DNA of 52,471 bases, from NCBI GenBank assembly GCA_022574775.1, contig JACZRI010000005.1, positions 1 to 52,471 of the forward strand, in the 5' to 3' direction. This stretch comes from Patescibacteria group bacterium. GTDB lineage: Bacteria > Patescibacteriota > Minisyncoccia > Minisyncoccales > RBG-13-36-15. A program made the position numbers and the translations under genes. Positions 18,555 through 28,149 of the stretch are shown in pieces; the first letter of the stretch is position 1, and every line of letters starts with the position of its first letter. Under the pieces are notes generated by a model, which had not been told where the DNA came from, searched no databases, and saw only the letters and a program-made list of their open reading frames with translations.

Positions 18555-18770
18555 TAGTTCTCATGGCCAAGAGGGAAGACCGTAGAACCAGGTAGGTGAT
18601 CTTAGCGGGCGCCTATACAGGGGAGGAGTTTCCCCTTGCTGCGGCAGGAAGAAAGCTCCTGGTGTAGCACATCCGTTTTTTCCCTCTGGCCTCCAATTTT
18701 AAGGGCGTTTGACATCATTCAGCTCTTTTTGCCCTCATTCGTTAAAGCTAAAGAGGGCTTTTCTTTTTTA
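18555..18770 (+). ncRNA. Candidate structured ncRNA A (leuS-glmS intergenic)
   Basis: TTGAAA-16-TATTCT upstream; closing stem 18565-18580/18675-18691; internal stems; c(UGCG)g tetraloop; hairpin plus U-tract at 18721-18769. Confidence 0.5.
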
Positions 18771-18811
18771 AAAAAACGATGTAGAATAGGGAAGCATGAA
18801 TAGGATTTAAT

Positions 18812-18900
18812 TTTTTAGCTTGTAGCTTATTAGGAAATGATAAGAATACGAAATACTAAAAAACTAAGAAACTAACAAGCTATTTACTAAAAAGCTAACT
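18812..18900. repeat. Inverted degenerate 7/8-nt repeat array before glmS
   Basis: ttttagc-ttgtagc-ttattag ... ctaaaaaa-ctaagaaa-ctaacaag-cta. Confidence 0.55.
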
Positions 18901-18902
18901 TT

Positions 18903-20729
18903 ATGTGCGGTATAGTTGGTTATATTGGGAAACAAAATGCAACCCCTTTTTTAATTGAGGGGCTTCGCCGTGAAAGTTATAGAGGTTATGACTCAAGCGG
19001 GATTTTAGTTTTGAATAAAAACCAGCCCCTTTGCATTAAAGCAATAGGGAAGTTAGAGAATTTAGAAAAAAAACTCGTAGGACAAAATCTTGAAGGAAAT
19101 TTAGGTTTAGGGCACGTGAGATGGGCAACGCACGGAGAGCCGAATGAAAAAAATGCCCATCCTCATTCAGATTGTAAAAAAAATATCTATTTAGTTCATA
19201 ATGGCATAATTGAGAATTATAAAATTCTCAAAGATAGGTTAAAAAAAGAAGGCCACCAATTTTCTTCAGAAACTGATACGGAAGTTTTAGCTCATTTGAT
19301 TGAAAAATTTTTTAAAGACAATCTGGAGAAAGCGGTAATTAAAGCCTTAAAATTTGTTAAAGGAACCTACGGGCTAGTAATAATTTCGAGAGATGATCCA
19401 GAAAAGATTGTTGTGGCTAAAAATTCTTCACCAATCTTGATCGGTCTGGGAGAGAAAGAATATATTGTTGCTTCAGACCCTGCGGCTATTATTGGAAGAA
19501 CAAGGAAAGTAATTTACCTTGATGATGGGGAGATTGCTGTTTTGACTCCTGAGAATTTTTTAATTACTGACCTTGCCCAAAATCAAAAAGAAAAAATAAT
19601 TGAGGAGATTAAGTGGGATTTAACTGAAGCTCAAAAGGGCGGCTACCCACATTTTATGCTAAAAGAGATAATGGAACAGCCAGAATCTATAGAAAACGCA
19701 TTGCGCGGTAGATTAATACAAAAAGATGGATTGGTGAAATTGGGAGGATTGGAGTTGGTAAAAGATAGACTGCGGGAAACCAAACGGATTATTTTCGGAG
19801 CTTGTGGGACTGCTTATTATGCTGCTCTAGTTGGAGAGTATATGAGTGAGGAGTACGCCGGTATTCCTGCTGAAACGGACTATGCTTCAGAGTTCCGTTA
19901 TAAAAAACCAATTTTTGATTCCTCTACTATTGTAGTAGTCATAAGTCAATCTGGAGAAACGGCAGATACCTTAGCAGTACTTCGTGAGGCTAAGAGAAAA
20001 AATATTCTTACTTTAGGAATTACCAATGTAATAGGAAGTATGGTTGCTCGCGAAGCAGATGCTGGAATATATAATCATGCCGGCACAGAGACGGCAGTAG
20101 CTTCAACAAAAGCTTTCACCTCCCAATTAGTTATTTTAACCCTTTTAACCTTATTTTTGGGCCGTCAACGTGATATGTCCGTGGTAACTGGTCGCCGGAT
20201 TGTTCAAGAATTAGCACTTATTCCAGAAAAAGTAAGAGAAGTCTTAAAGACAGATAGCCAGATTCAGAAAATTGCAAAGGAATATTCTCAGTATAGTAAT
20301 TTCGCTTACTTAGGCCGAAAATATAATTATCCAATTGCCCTTGAGGGCGCTATTAAACTAAAAGAAATATCCTATCTGCATGCGGAGGGATTCGCTGCAG
20401 GAGAGATGAAACACGGCCCTATTGCGATGATTGATCCAAAATTCCCCTCCGTATTTATAATTCCTTCTGATAGTGTTTATGAAAAGAACCTTAGTAATTT
20501 AGAGGAAATAAAAGCAAGAAAAGGACCAGTGATTGCCATAGCTACTCAAGGAAATAAAAAAATAAAGGATTTGGCTGATGATGTAATTTATATCCCAAAA
20601 ACATTGGAAATTTTAACCCCAATTTTAAGTGTTATTCCTTTACAGCTTTTTGCTTATCATATGGGGGTGCTTCGTGGTTGTGATGTTGACAAGCCTCGCA
20701 ACCTTGCGAAAAGCGTGACGGTAGAATAA
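18903..20729 (+). CDS. glmS: Glutamine--fructose-6-phosphate aminotransferase
   Basis: MCGIVG, YRGYDSSG, RWATHG, SQSGETADT, DKPRNLAKSVTVE. Confidence 0.98.
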   Translation: MCGIVGYIGKQNATPFLIEGLRRESYRGYDSSGILVLNKNQPLCIKAIGKLENLEKKLVGQNLEGNLGLGHVRWATHGEPNEKNAHPHSDCKKNIYLVHNGIIENYKILKDRLKKEGHQFSSETDTEVLAHLIEKFFKDNLEKAVIKALKFVKGTYGLVIISRDDPEKIVVAKNSSPILIGLGEKEYIVASDPAAIIGRTRKVIYLDDGEIAVLTPENFLITDLAQNQKEKIIEEIKWDLTEAQKGGYPHFMLKEIMEQPESIENALRGRLIQKDGLVKLGGLELVKDRLRETKRIIFGACGTAYYAALVGEYMSEEYAGIPAETDYASEFRYKKPIFDSSTIVVVISQSGETADTLAVLREAKRKNILTLGITNVIGSMVAREADAGIYNHAGTETAVASTKAFTSQLVILTLLTLFLGRQRDMSVVTGRRIVQELALIPEKVREVLKTDSQIQKIAKEYSQYSNFAYLGRKYNYPIALEGAIKLKEISYLHAEGFAAGEMKHGPIAMIDPKFPSVFIIPSDSVYEKNLSNLEEIKARKGPVIAIATQGNKKIKDLADDVIYIPKTLEILTPILSVIPLQLFAYHMGVLRGCDVDKPRNLAKSVTVE

Positions 20730-20760
20730 AATAGATTATTTTAGATAATTAATTATAAAT

Positions 20761-21720
20761 ATGAAAAACAAAAAAATAGTGGTTATAGGAGGTGGAACAG
20801 GGGTATTCACCGTTCTTTCCGGTTTAAAAAAATACCCTGTTGATCTTTCGGCGATAGTGACGATGGCAGATAATGGAGGATCAACAAGGATTTTACGAGA
20901 AGAATTTGGGATATTGCCTCCAGGAGATATTAGGCGGGCTTTAGTTGCGCTTGCCCGGTCAGAGAAAATGTTAGCTTCTTTATTTAATTATCGTTTTAAA
21001 AAAGGAGGAGGTTTAGCCGGCCATAATTTTGGCAATCTTTTGATTACTGCCCTGGAAAGAATAAAAGGAGATTTTGAAAAAGCAATTGATGAGGCAGGAA
21101 AAATCTTAAATATTAAAGGAGAAGTAATTCCGGTAACTTTAAAAAATACCAATCTTTACGCGCTTTTGGAGAATGGGAAAATCATTGAAGGGGAAGCAAA
21201 CATTGATGTTCCAAAACACAATCCTTATTTAAAAATTAAAAAAGTTTATTTAAAACCCCAAGCAAAAGCTAACAAAAGAGCAAAATCAGCTATCTTGAAA
21301 GCAGATTTAATTGTGATTGGTCCCGGGGATTTATACACGAGCATTATCCCAAATCTTTTGGTCAGAGGAATTCCCCAGGCTCTCAGACAAAGCTCAGCCA
21401 AAAAAGTTTATGTTTGTAATTTAATGACTAAATTAGGCGAAACTCATGATTTTACTTACTTAGATTTTGTTAAGCAAATTGAACGGTACCTAGGCAGAAA
21501 GGTTTTAGACTATGTGATTTTTAATTCGAAGAGGCCTTTAACTTCAAGGATTGCTAAATATGAAAAAGAAGGCGCAATATTCGTCAAATACGATAAAAAG
21601 AATTTTCCGCACGGGAGATGTAAAGTAATTGAGGGAAATTTTTTGAGGGAAAAAGGATTCATTCGCCACGATTCTGCTAAATTAACAAAAACAATTCTCC
21701 AGATTGTAAATCAGTCCTAA
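20761..21720 (+). CDS. yvcK: YvcK/GlmR family UDP-GlcNAc-binding protein
   Basis: IGGGTG, DNGGST, PPGDIR, GHNFGNL, GPGDLYTSIIPNL, RHD. Confidence 0.93.
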   Translation: MKNKKIVVIGGGTGVFTVLSGLKKYPVDLSAIVTMADNGGSTRILREEFGILPPGDIRRALVALARSEKMLASLFNYRFKKGGGLAGHNFGNLLITALERIKGDFEKAIDEAGKILNIKGEVIPVTLKNTNLYALLENGKIIEGEANIDVPKHNPYLKIKKVYLKPQAKANKRAKSAILKADLIVIGPGDLYTSIIPNLLVRGIPQALRQSSAKKVYVCNLMTKLGETHDFTYLDFVKQIERYLGRKVLDYVIFNSKRPLTSRIAKYEKEGAIFVKYDKKNFPHGRCKVIEGNFLREKGFIRHDSAKLTKTILQIVNQS

Positions 21721-21725
21721 AAAAC

Positions 21726-21755
21726 TTGACAGATAATTTGCTTTTTTGCTACGGT
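21726..21755 (+). promoter_or_regulatory. Promoter for candidate ncRNA B
   Basis: TTGACA-18-TACGGT with an extended TG. Confidence 0.55.
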
Positions 21756-21761
21756 GAAATA

Positions 21762-21939
21762 AAGTTCCTTCAGGGATACGGATTAGTTCTGGGCTTCCTA
21801 CCGAGATGTCGTTCTACCGGTAAATCCAACTGGGCGGCAAATTCGGGGATTTATTCACTGTCCCCGCCTTAGTCCAGAACTGTTCCTCCCACAGGCCCCT
21901 TCCGTCCACCTTCTGACCAGACGGAGGGGCCTTTTTTTT
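21762..21939 (+). ncRNA. Candidate structured ncRNA B
   Basis: Promoter upstream; 11-bp closing stem 21785-21795/21871-21881; internal hairpins; strong terminator; no ORF. Confidence 0.6.
21893..21939 (+). terminator. Intrinsic terminator
   Basis: aggccccttccgtc...gacggaggggcc followed by T8. Confidence 0.85.
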
Positions 21940-21988
21940 ATCTTCAATTAAATTTGTTGAAATGATATAATGAGAGAGGAGTTTATAA

Positions 21989-22090
21989 AGTTATCCTTCG
22001 ACAAGCTCAGGACACTTCAACTCTACAAGTTATTCAAAAGGATACTTGCACTGAGCGAGGATTGAGCGTAGCGAAGGACGAGTCGAAGTG
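21989..22090. repeat. Composite family C palindrome abutting the kinase start
   Basis: agttatccttcgacaagctcagga; cacttcaactc (22013-22023) pairs with gagtcgaagtg (22080-22090). Confidence 0.8.
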
Positions 22091-23031
22091 TGAAAAAAGA
22101 AAATATCAAATATGTAATTGGAGTAGATGGCGGAGGTACAAAAACAATTGCTGCTTTGGCTGATTTAAGAGGAAGGATTTTGAGCCAGAGTAAAAGTGGT
22201 TCTTCTAACCCGAGAAATATTGGGATAAAAAGAGCAGTTTTAAATATAACTAAAGCTGTTAATCCGCTTTTTAAGAGAAAAGGGATAATTGTCTCAACGG
22301 TCATTACTTTGCCAGCTATTGAGGAAGAATACCAAGATAAGAAAAAAGATATTTTAAAGCTTTTACGCATTCAAAGAAAAATTTCTAAAATTTTTAAGGG
22401 AAAAATAAAAATAAACAGTGATCAGTTAGCTGCATTCAGAGCAGGAACAGACGAAAAAGACGGAATTATACTAATTGCTGGTACAGGTTGTGTTGCTCAC
22501 GGTTGGAGAGGCAGGAAAGAGGCGAAAGCGAGCGGCTGGGGTTGGTTGGCAGATAGAGGATCTGCTTTTTGGGTAGGCCAGAGGGTTTTCCAAGCGGTTT
22601 TAAAGGATTTAGATAAAAGGGGAGAGAAGACACTTCTTACCAGGTTAGTTTTCCAAGAACTTAAAACAAAAAATATAAACGATTTCCTGAAAAAAATTTA
22701 TTCAAGAAACCCAACTACAATTATTCCTCGCATTTCTATTGTCTGCGATAAGGCGATACAAAAAGGAGATAAGATTGCCAAAAAAATAATGATTGAGGCA
22801 GGAAAAGAGGTTGCTTTAGATGCAAAAACAATAATTTATGAGCTTAATTTTCAAAAAACAAAATTTACTCTAGTTCTGGCCGGCAGTATGTTTAAAACAA
22901 AAACCTTTTTAGAAACAGTTAAAAAAAATATTAGCAAATCAATACCGAAGGCAAAATTTATAAGACTAAAAAAGGGACCGGTTACTGGCGCAGTAAAATT
23001 AGCTTTGGAACAAGTAAATATTAACTTTTAA
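22090..23031 (+). CDS. BadF/BadG-type ATPase, probable N-acetylglucosamine/MurNAc kinase
   Basis: IGVDGGGTKT, LIAGTG, GWGWLAD.GSAFW.G. Confidence 0.85.
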   Translation: MKKENIKYVIGVDGGGTKTIAALADLRGRILSQSKSGSSNPRNIGIKRAVLNITKAVNPLFKRKGIIVSTVITLPAIEEEYQDKKKDILKLLRIQRKISKIFKGKIKINSDQLAAFRAGTDEKDGIILIAGTGCVAHGWRGRKEAKASGWGWLADRGSAFWVGQRVFQAVLKDLDKRGEKTLLTRLVFQELKTKNINDFLKKIYSRNPTTIIPRISIVCDKAIQKGDKIAKKIMIEAGKEVALDAKTIIYELNFQKTKFTLVLAGSMFKTKTFLETVKKNISKSIPKAKFIRLKKGPVTGAVKLALEQVNINF

Positions 23032-23062
23032 TAGGATACTAAAGAGTGCTCAATTAATCTAT

Positions 23063-23092
23063 AAGGTCCATCAGTTTGGACCTTGTTTTTTA
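23063..23092 (+). terminator. Terminator
   Basis: aaggtcca-tcagtt-tggacctt followed by g and a T-run. Confidence 0.7.
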
Positions 23093-23124
23093 TCGAAATC
23101 TATCTTTTTGTGATATACTAAACG

Positions 23125-23718
23125 ATGAGAATCTTAAAGATGAACCAGAAAAACTTTAAAGATGCAACGGAAATAGTAATAGGGTTAATAAAAGAAGGAA
23201 AAGTAATTATTTTTCCAACTGATACTGTTTATATCCCAGTAGCCGATGCTACTAATAAAAAAGCTGTGCGGAAAGTTTTCCAGATCAAACAGCGTTCACA
23301 AAAAACTCCTTTTCCGATATTTGTTAAAGATATTAAGATGGCTAAGAAGTTTGCCAGAATAGATAAAACGCAAGAAAAGTTTTTAAAGACAGTCTGGCCG
23401 GGGAAAATAACAGTTGTTTTAAAACGACGGAAAACAAAAACAAAACTGTATGGAGTAGCTAAAGATACCATTGCTCTTCGGATTCCAGATTTTAAACCAG
23501 TTAATTTATTATCAGAGAAACTAAAGATTCCGCTCGTTGGCACCTCGGCTAATATTTCTGGCAAGCCCGCTTCAGGTAATCTTAAAAAAATTCTATCTCA
23601 ATTGAGGAATAAAGAATACCAGCCAGACCTAGTGATTGATGCTGGGAATTTACCAAAAAGTAAACCTTCAACCGTGTTGGATTTAACTACTTTACCACCA
23701 AAAATTCTCAGACCTTAA
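23125..23718 (+). CDS. tsaC: Threonylcarbamoyl-AMP synthase
   Basis: FPTDTVY, IKQR, WPG, LRIP, TSANISG, PSTVLD. Confidence 0.94.
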   Translation: MRILKMNQKNFKDATEIVIGLIKEGKVIIFPTDTVYIPVADATNKKAVRKVFQIKQRSQKTPFPIFVKDIKMAKKFARIDKTQEKFLKTVWPGKITVVLKRRKTKTKLYGVAKDTIALRIPDFKPVNLLSEKLKIPLVGTSANISGKPASGNLKKILSQLRNKEYQPDLVIDAGNLPKSKPSTVLDLTTLPPKILRP

Positions 23719-23722
23719 AATT

Positions 23723-24877
23723 ATGATTATTCTTGCTATTGAAACTTCTTGTGACGAAACAGCCATTGCTTTGGTTAAGTTCCAGAATTCGCGCTCTAAA
23801 ATTTTATCTAATATTATTTTCTCCCAGGTGGAAATCCATAAAAAATGGGGAGGAGTAGTGCCAAACTTGGCAAAAAGAGAACACCAGCGCAACCTTGTTC
23901 CGGTGCTGAAAAAAGCTTTATTGGAAGCAAGATTGCTAAAGTCAAAGATAAAAAATCAACAACCAAAAATACAAACCAAGAATAAAAAGTTAAAAGAAAT
24001 TCTTGAGAGAGAAAAAACCCTTTATCAAAAATTAAAGTTTTTTTTAGCCGACTATCAAAAGCCAAAAATCGAACTCGTTGCCGTAACAGTTGGGTTGGGA
24101 TTAGAACCCGCCTTATGGGTGGGGGTAAATTTTGCCAAAGCACTTTCTTATTTCTGGCGTTTCCCCATAATACCGGTGAACCATATTGAAGCGCATATTT
24201 TTGCTCATTTTATTAATAAAAAATTTCAAATCCAAGATAAAACTATCTTTCCTGCCCTTTCTCTATCGGTTTCTGGTGGCCATACTCAGCTTACGCTCAT
24301 TAAAGATTACGGAAAATATAAATTATTAGGAGAGACACGTGATGATACAGCAGGAGAATGCTTTGATAAGGTAGCTCGGATGTTAGGTTTAGGATATCCC
24401 GGAGGGCCCATAATTGAAAAATTAGCAACAAAAGGCAACCCCCGATTTTTTCATTTTCCAAGACCAATGATGTATACGAAAGATTACGATTTCAGTTTTT
24501 CAGGTCTCAAGACAGCTGTTTTATATTTTTTAAAGAAACAGAATAGAAATAGAATAAAAAAGCACAAAAATGATATTTGTGCCAGTTTTCAACAAGCAGT
24601 GATTGATGTTTTAATTGGCAAGACCATTAAGGCGGCAAAACAATTTAAAGTAAAGACAGTAACTCTTGGCGGGGGAGTGATGGCTAATAAAGAATTGAGA
24701 AAACAATTAAAAGAGAGTATTCGAAAAGAAATGCCAAATACGAAATATCAGGTACCAGATGTTGGATTATGTATTGACAATGCTGCAATGGTTGCCATGG
24801 CTGCCTATTTCCGCTCATTAAAAAAAGAAAGCAAAAACTGGAAAGAAATAACAACCAACGCTAATCTTAAGCTTTAA
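23723..24877 (+). CDS. tsaD: tRNA t6A threonylcarbamoyltransferase
   Basis: LAIETSCDET, GGVVP..A.REH, HIEAH, SGGHT, FSFSGLKT, DNAAM. Confidence 0.96.
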   Translation: MIILAIETSCDETAIALVKFQNSRSKILSNIIFSQVEIHKKWGGVVPNLAKREHQRNLVPVLKKALLEARLLKSKIKNQQPKIQTKNKKLKEILEREKTLYQKLKFFLADYQKPKIELVAVTVGLGLEPALWVGVNFAKALSYFWRFPIIPVNHIEAHIFAHFINKKFQIQDKTIFPALSLSVSGGHTQLTLIKDYGKYKLLGETRDDTAGECFDKVARMLGLGYPGGPIIEKLATKGNPRFFHFPRPMMYTKDYDFSFSGLKTAVLYFLKKQNRNRIKKHKNDICASFQQAVIDVLIGKTIKAAKQFKVKTVTLGGGVMANKELRKQLKESIRKEMPNTKYQVPDVGLCIDNAAMVAMAAYFRSLKKESKNWKEITTNANLKL

Positions 24878-24879
24878 AT

Positions 24880-26082
24880 ATGCCAATCCACTATTCTCCA
24901 GTATATTTTTTACATTATCTCTTAAAAAGAGAAGCTACTCAGTTTTTTACAAGCATTGCCATTCGTTACTTAGCTCTTGGAATGATTTTGATATTTGAGC
25001 CGATTTATCTTTATCTCTATTTTGGAAAATCTCTCTCTTTCACCCTTTTATTTTTTGGAACAATTCATGGCTTGTATGGGATTTTAGCTGTTTATGGAGG
25101 AAAAATAATGGCAAAAATAGGATTAAAACATAACATGCTTTTTAGTAACTTTTTTTTCTTTGGATATTACATTTGCCTGCTTTTTCTTTACCAATCATTT
25201 GTATTAGTGCCTTTTGCTATAATTTTGAAAGCCTTTGGAATGACTCTTTTTTGGCCAGCCTTTCATACTGATTTCGCTCGCTTTTCGGAAAAAGATCATC
25301 GCGGAATGGAGGTTGGAAAAATGAATATAGCAATTTTAGCTCCAGTTATTATTAGTCCGATTATTGGAGGATGGGTTTTAACTGTTTTCAATTATCCAGT
25401 TTTATTTACTTTAGTTATGTTGGTTCTTTTAGCCTCGGCGATTCCCCTATTTCTTTCCAAAGAAATTCACGAAATTTATACTGATTCTTACGAAAAAGCC
25501 TGGAGCAGAATTTTCAAAAAAGAAGACAGAAATACTTCCTTGGCTTTTGCCTTCAATGGTATGGAAGTGGCGATAAATTTTTATTTGTGGCCTTTATTTA
25601 TGACTATTTTAGCTATTCAATATTCAGTAATGGGTTGGATTACTTCTCTTTCTTTGATGTTTTCAGCTATTTTTATTTTATATATGGGGAAAATTACCGA
25701 TACGGTCAATCGGTCCAGACTTTTAAATATTGGCTCTTTTTTAACGTCTGTTGCCTGGATAATAAAATTTTTTGTGGTAACTCCTTTCAGTGTTTTTCTT
25801 TCTCATACTCTTTATAGAATTTGTAGAAGTGCGGCTGGTATTCCTTTTCAGACTATTTTTTACGAAAAAGCAGCTCTAAAAGGAGCAGAAGCTGATGAAT
25901 TTATCATTTATCGCGAGATAATTTTAAACATCTCCAGATTCTTTTTATTCTTATTTCTGGCAGGTTTGTTCTTTTTCATTCCAAAAGTAAATTTAGCCTT
26001 TATTTTAGCAGCAATATTTTCCTTAGGTTTTATGCTGTTGGAAAACCCGCCTAAATTTAGATCAAGGTTAAAAATAAGATAA
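24880..26082 (+). CDS. MFS transporter
   Basis: About 12 hydrophobic segments; FWPAFH, SPIIGG, GKITD. Confidence 0.8.
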   Translation: MPIHYSPVYFLHYLLKREATQFFTSIAIRYLALGMILIFEPIYLYLYFGKSLSFTLLFFGTIHGLYGILAVYGGKIMAKIGLKHNMLFSNFFFFGYYICLLFLYQSFVLVPFAIILKAFGMTLFWPAFHTDFARFSEKDHRGMEVGKMNIAILAPVIISPIIGGWVLTVFNYPVLFTLVMLVLLASAIPLFLSKEIHEIYTDSYEKAWSRIFKKEDRNTSLAFAFNGMEVAINFYLWPLFMTILAIQYSVMGWITSLSLMFSAIFILYMGKITDTVNRSRLLNIGSFLTSVAWIIKFFVVTPFSVFLSHTLYRICRSAAGIPFQTIFYEKAALKGAEADEFIIYREIILNISRFFLFLFLAGLFFFIPKVNLAFILAAIFSLGFMLLENPPKFRSRLKIR

Positions 26083-26086
26083 AAAT

Positions 26087-27322
26087 ATGGATGTAAATAT
26101 AATTAAGAAAATAGATCCCAAAATTACAAATCTTATTGAAAAAGAGAGAAAGCGCAATGAGGAGACTTTAAATTTGATAGCTTCTGAAAATTATCCTTCA
26201 AAAGCCGTTAGAGAAGCATTGAGTTCAATTTTTGTTGTGAAATATTCAGAGGGCAGGCCATATAAAAGATATTATGGAGGCACGGAAAATATCGATAAAT
26301 TAGAAACATTGGTTGAGGAAAGAACAAGAACACTTTTTCGTCTAAATAAGGATTGGGCTGTCAACGTGCAGCCCTATTCTGGTTCTCCTGCAAATTATGC
26401 AGTATTAAGAGGTCTTTTAAGGCCAGGCGATAAAATTATGAGCTTGGCTTTGCCTCATGGCGGGCATTTAAGCCAGGGAGCCAAAGTTTCTCTTTCCGGC
26501 AAGGACTTTAAAGTCGTCAATTATCTTTTAAATAAAAAAGGATTTTTGGAATACGATGCAATTGAAGAATTAGCCAAAAAAGAAAAGCCGAAATTGATTA
26601 TTGCGGGTTATAGCGCTTACCCAAGAAAAGTAAATTTTAAGAGATTTGCCCAAATCTCTAATAAAGTAGGAGCATATTGTATGGCTGATATCGCGCATAT
26701 CGCAGGTTTAATTATAGGCGGTGTTCATCCCAGTCCTTTTCCTTGGGTAGATGTGGTAACAATGACTACTCATAAAACTTTGAGAGGGCCGAGGGGAGCT
26801 ATAATTATTTGCAAAGAGAAGTTAAAGAAAAAAATTTTTTCAAAAGTTTTCCCGGGAATTCAAGGAGGACCTCATAATCATACAATTTGCGCTCTCGGGG
26901 TAGCTTTAAAGGAAGATCAAAGCATTAAATTTAAAAAATACACGGCTCAGGTTGTAAAAAATGCGAGGGCTTTGGCAGAAGCATTAATAAAATATGATTT
27001 TAATTTAATTTCAGGAGGGACAGACAATCATTTAGTTTTAATTGATATAACGAATAAAGGAGTTTCCGGGAAAGAGGCGCAGGAATTTTTAGAAAAAGCC
27101 GGAATAATAGTAAACAAAAATGCTATTCCCTATGATGAAAGATCTCCTTTTGATCCTTCAGGCATTAGAATAGGCACTCCAGCTTTAACCACGAGAGGAA
27201 TGAAAGAAAAAGAAATGAGGAAAATTGCTTTTTGGATGAATCAAGTAATTTCTAACCCAAAATCCTCTTTAAGGATTGAAAGGGAAGTTAAAAAACTTTG
27301 TAAGAAATTTCCCTTGCCATGA
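26087..27322 (+). CDS. glyA: Serine hydroxymethyltransferase
   Basis: LIASEN, YSEG.P.KRYYGG, TTHKTLRGPRG, GGTDNH, SGIRIGTPA. Confidence 0.97.
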   Translation: MDVNIIKKIDPKITNLIEKERKRNEETLNLIASENYPSKAVREALSSIFVVKYSEGRPYKRYYGGTENIDKLETLVEERTRTLFRLNKDWAVNVQPYSGSPANYAVLRGLLRPGDKIMSLALPHGGHLSQGAKVSLSGKDFKVVNYLLNKKGFLEYDAIEELAKKEKPKLIIAGYSAYPRKVNFKRFAQISNKVGAYCMADIAHIAGLIIGGVHPSPFPWVDVVTMTTHKTLRGPRGAIIICKEKLKKKIFSKVFPGIQGGPHNHTICALGVALKEDQSIKFKKYTAQVVKNARALAEALIKYDFNLISGGTDNHLVLIDITNKGVSGKEAQEFLEKAGIIVNKNAIPYDERSPFDPSGIRIGTPALTTRGMKEKEMRKIAFWMNQVISNPKSSLRIEREVKKLCKKFPLP

Positions 27323-28140
27323 GAATACTCAATGGCAGAAAATTAGCAGAGAAAATTCTTGAAAGAGTAAGAAAAGAGATCAAAAAATCTCATTTAAAAT
27401 TGAGATTGACAATTATTCAAGTAGGGGAAAATCCGGTTTCAGGAGTTTTTATTAAACAAAAGAAAAAGGCCTGTGAAAAAACCGGAATTGATTTCAGATT
27501 ATATAAATTTGAACAAAAAATTGCTCAAAAAAAACTTAAAACAGAGGTTGAGAAGATTATTAAAAATCCAAAAAATTCTGGAGTAATAATCCAGCTGCCA
27601 TTGCCAAAAAACAGAGATACTGACGAGATTTTAAATTTGATTCCTTTAAAAAAAGATATTGATGTTTTGGCAATTGAGAGTTTGGGGAAATTTTATCAGG
27701 GAACATCGCTAATTTTACCTCCTGTCGTAGGGGCTGTTTCTCATCTTTTGAAAGATTATAAAATAAAAATAAGAGGAAAAGGCGTGGTCTTAATTGGAGC
27801 TGGAAGATTAGTCGGCCAACCTTTAGCTTCGTGGATTTTAAGAGAAAAAGGGACTTTAGTAGTAGTTAATGAGTTCACTAGAGACATTCCCTCTTTTACC
27901 AAAAAAGCTGATATTTTAATTTCCGGAGTAGGAAAGCCGAATTTAATTCAAGGGAAAATGGTACAAAAAGGGGTAATAGTTATTGATTGCGGATCTGTCT
28001 ATCATCAAGGAAAGTTTGCTGGAGATGTTGATTTTCAAAGTGTTTCCAAAAAAGCAGGTTATATTACTCCGGTTCCAGGAGGAATAGGTCCTTTGACCGT
28101 AGCCTGTTTAATTGAAAATTTAATCAGACTAAATTCCTAA
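27319..28140 (+). CDS. folD: Methylenetetrahydrofolate dehydrogenase/cyclohydrolase
   Basis: IIQLPLP, KDID, GDVDF, TPVPGGIGPLT. Confidence 0.95.
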   Translation: MRILNGRKLAEKILERVRKEIKKSHLKLRLTIIQVGENPVSGVFIKQKKKACEKTGIDFRLYKFEQKIAQKKLKTEVEKIIKNPKNSGVIIQLPLPKNRDTDEILNLIPLKKDIDVLAIESLGKFYQGTSLILPPVVGAVSHLLKDYKIKIRGKGVVLIGAGRLVGQPLASWILREKGTLVVVNEFTRDIPSFTKKADILISGVGKPNLIQGKMVQKGVIVIDCGSVYHQGKFAGDVDFQSVSKKAGYITPVPGGIGPLTVACLIENLIRLNS

Positions 28141-28149
28141 TCCAAGGAT

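Noticed and set aside
18565-18900. glmS ribozyme upstream of glmS
   Set aside because: The conserved core (AGCGCC cleavage site, GACGAGG) was not found; kept only as an unknown structured RNA
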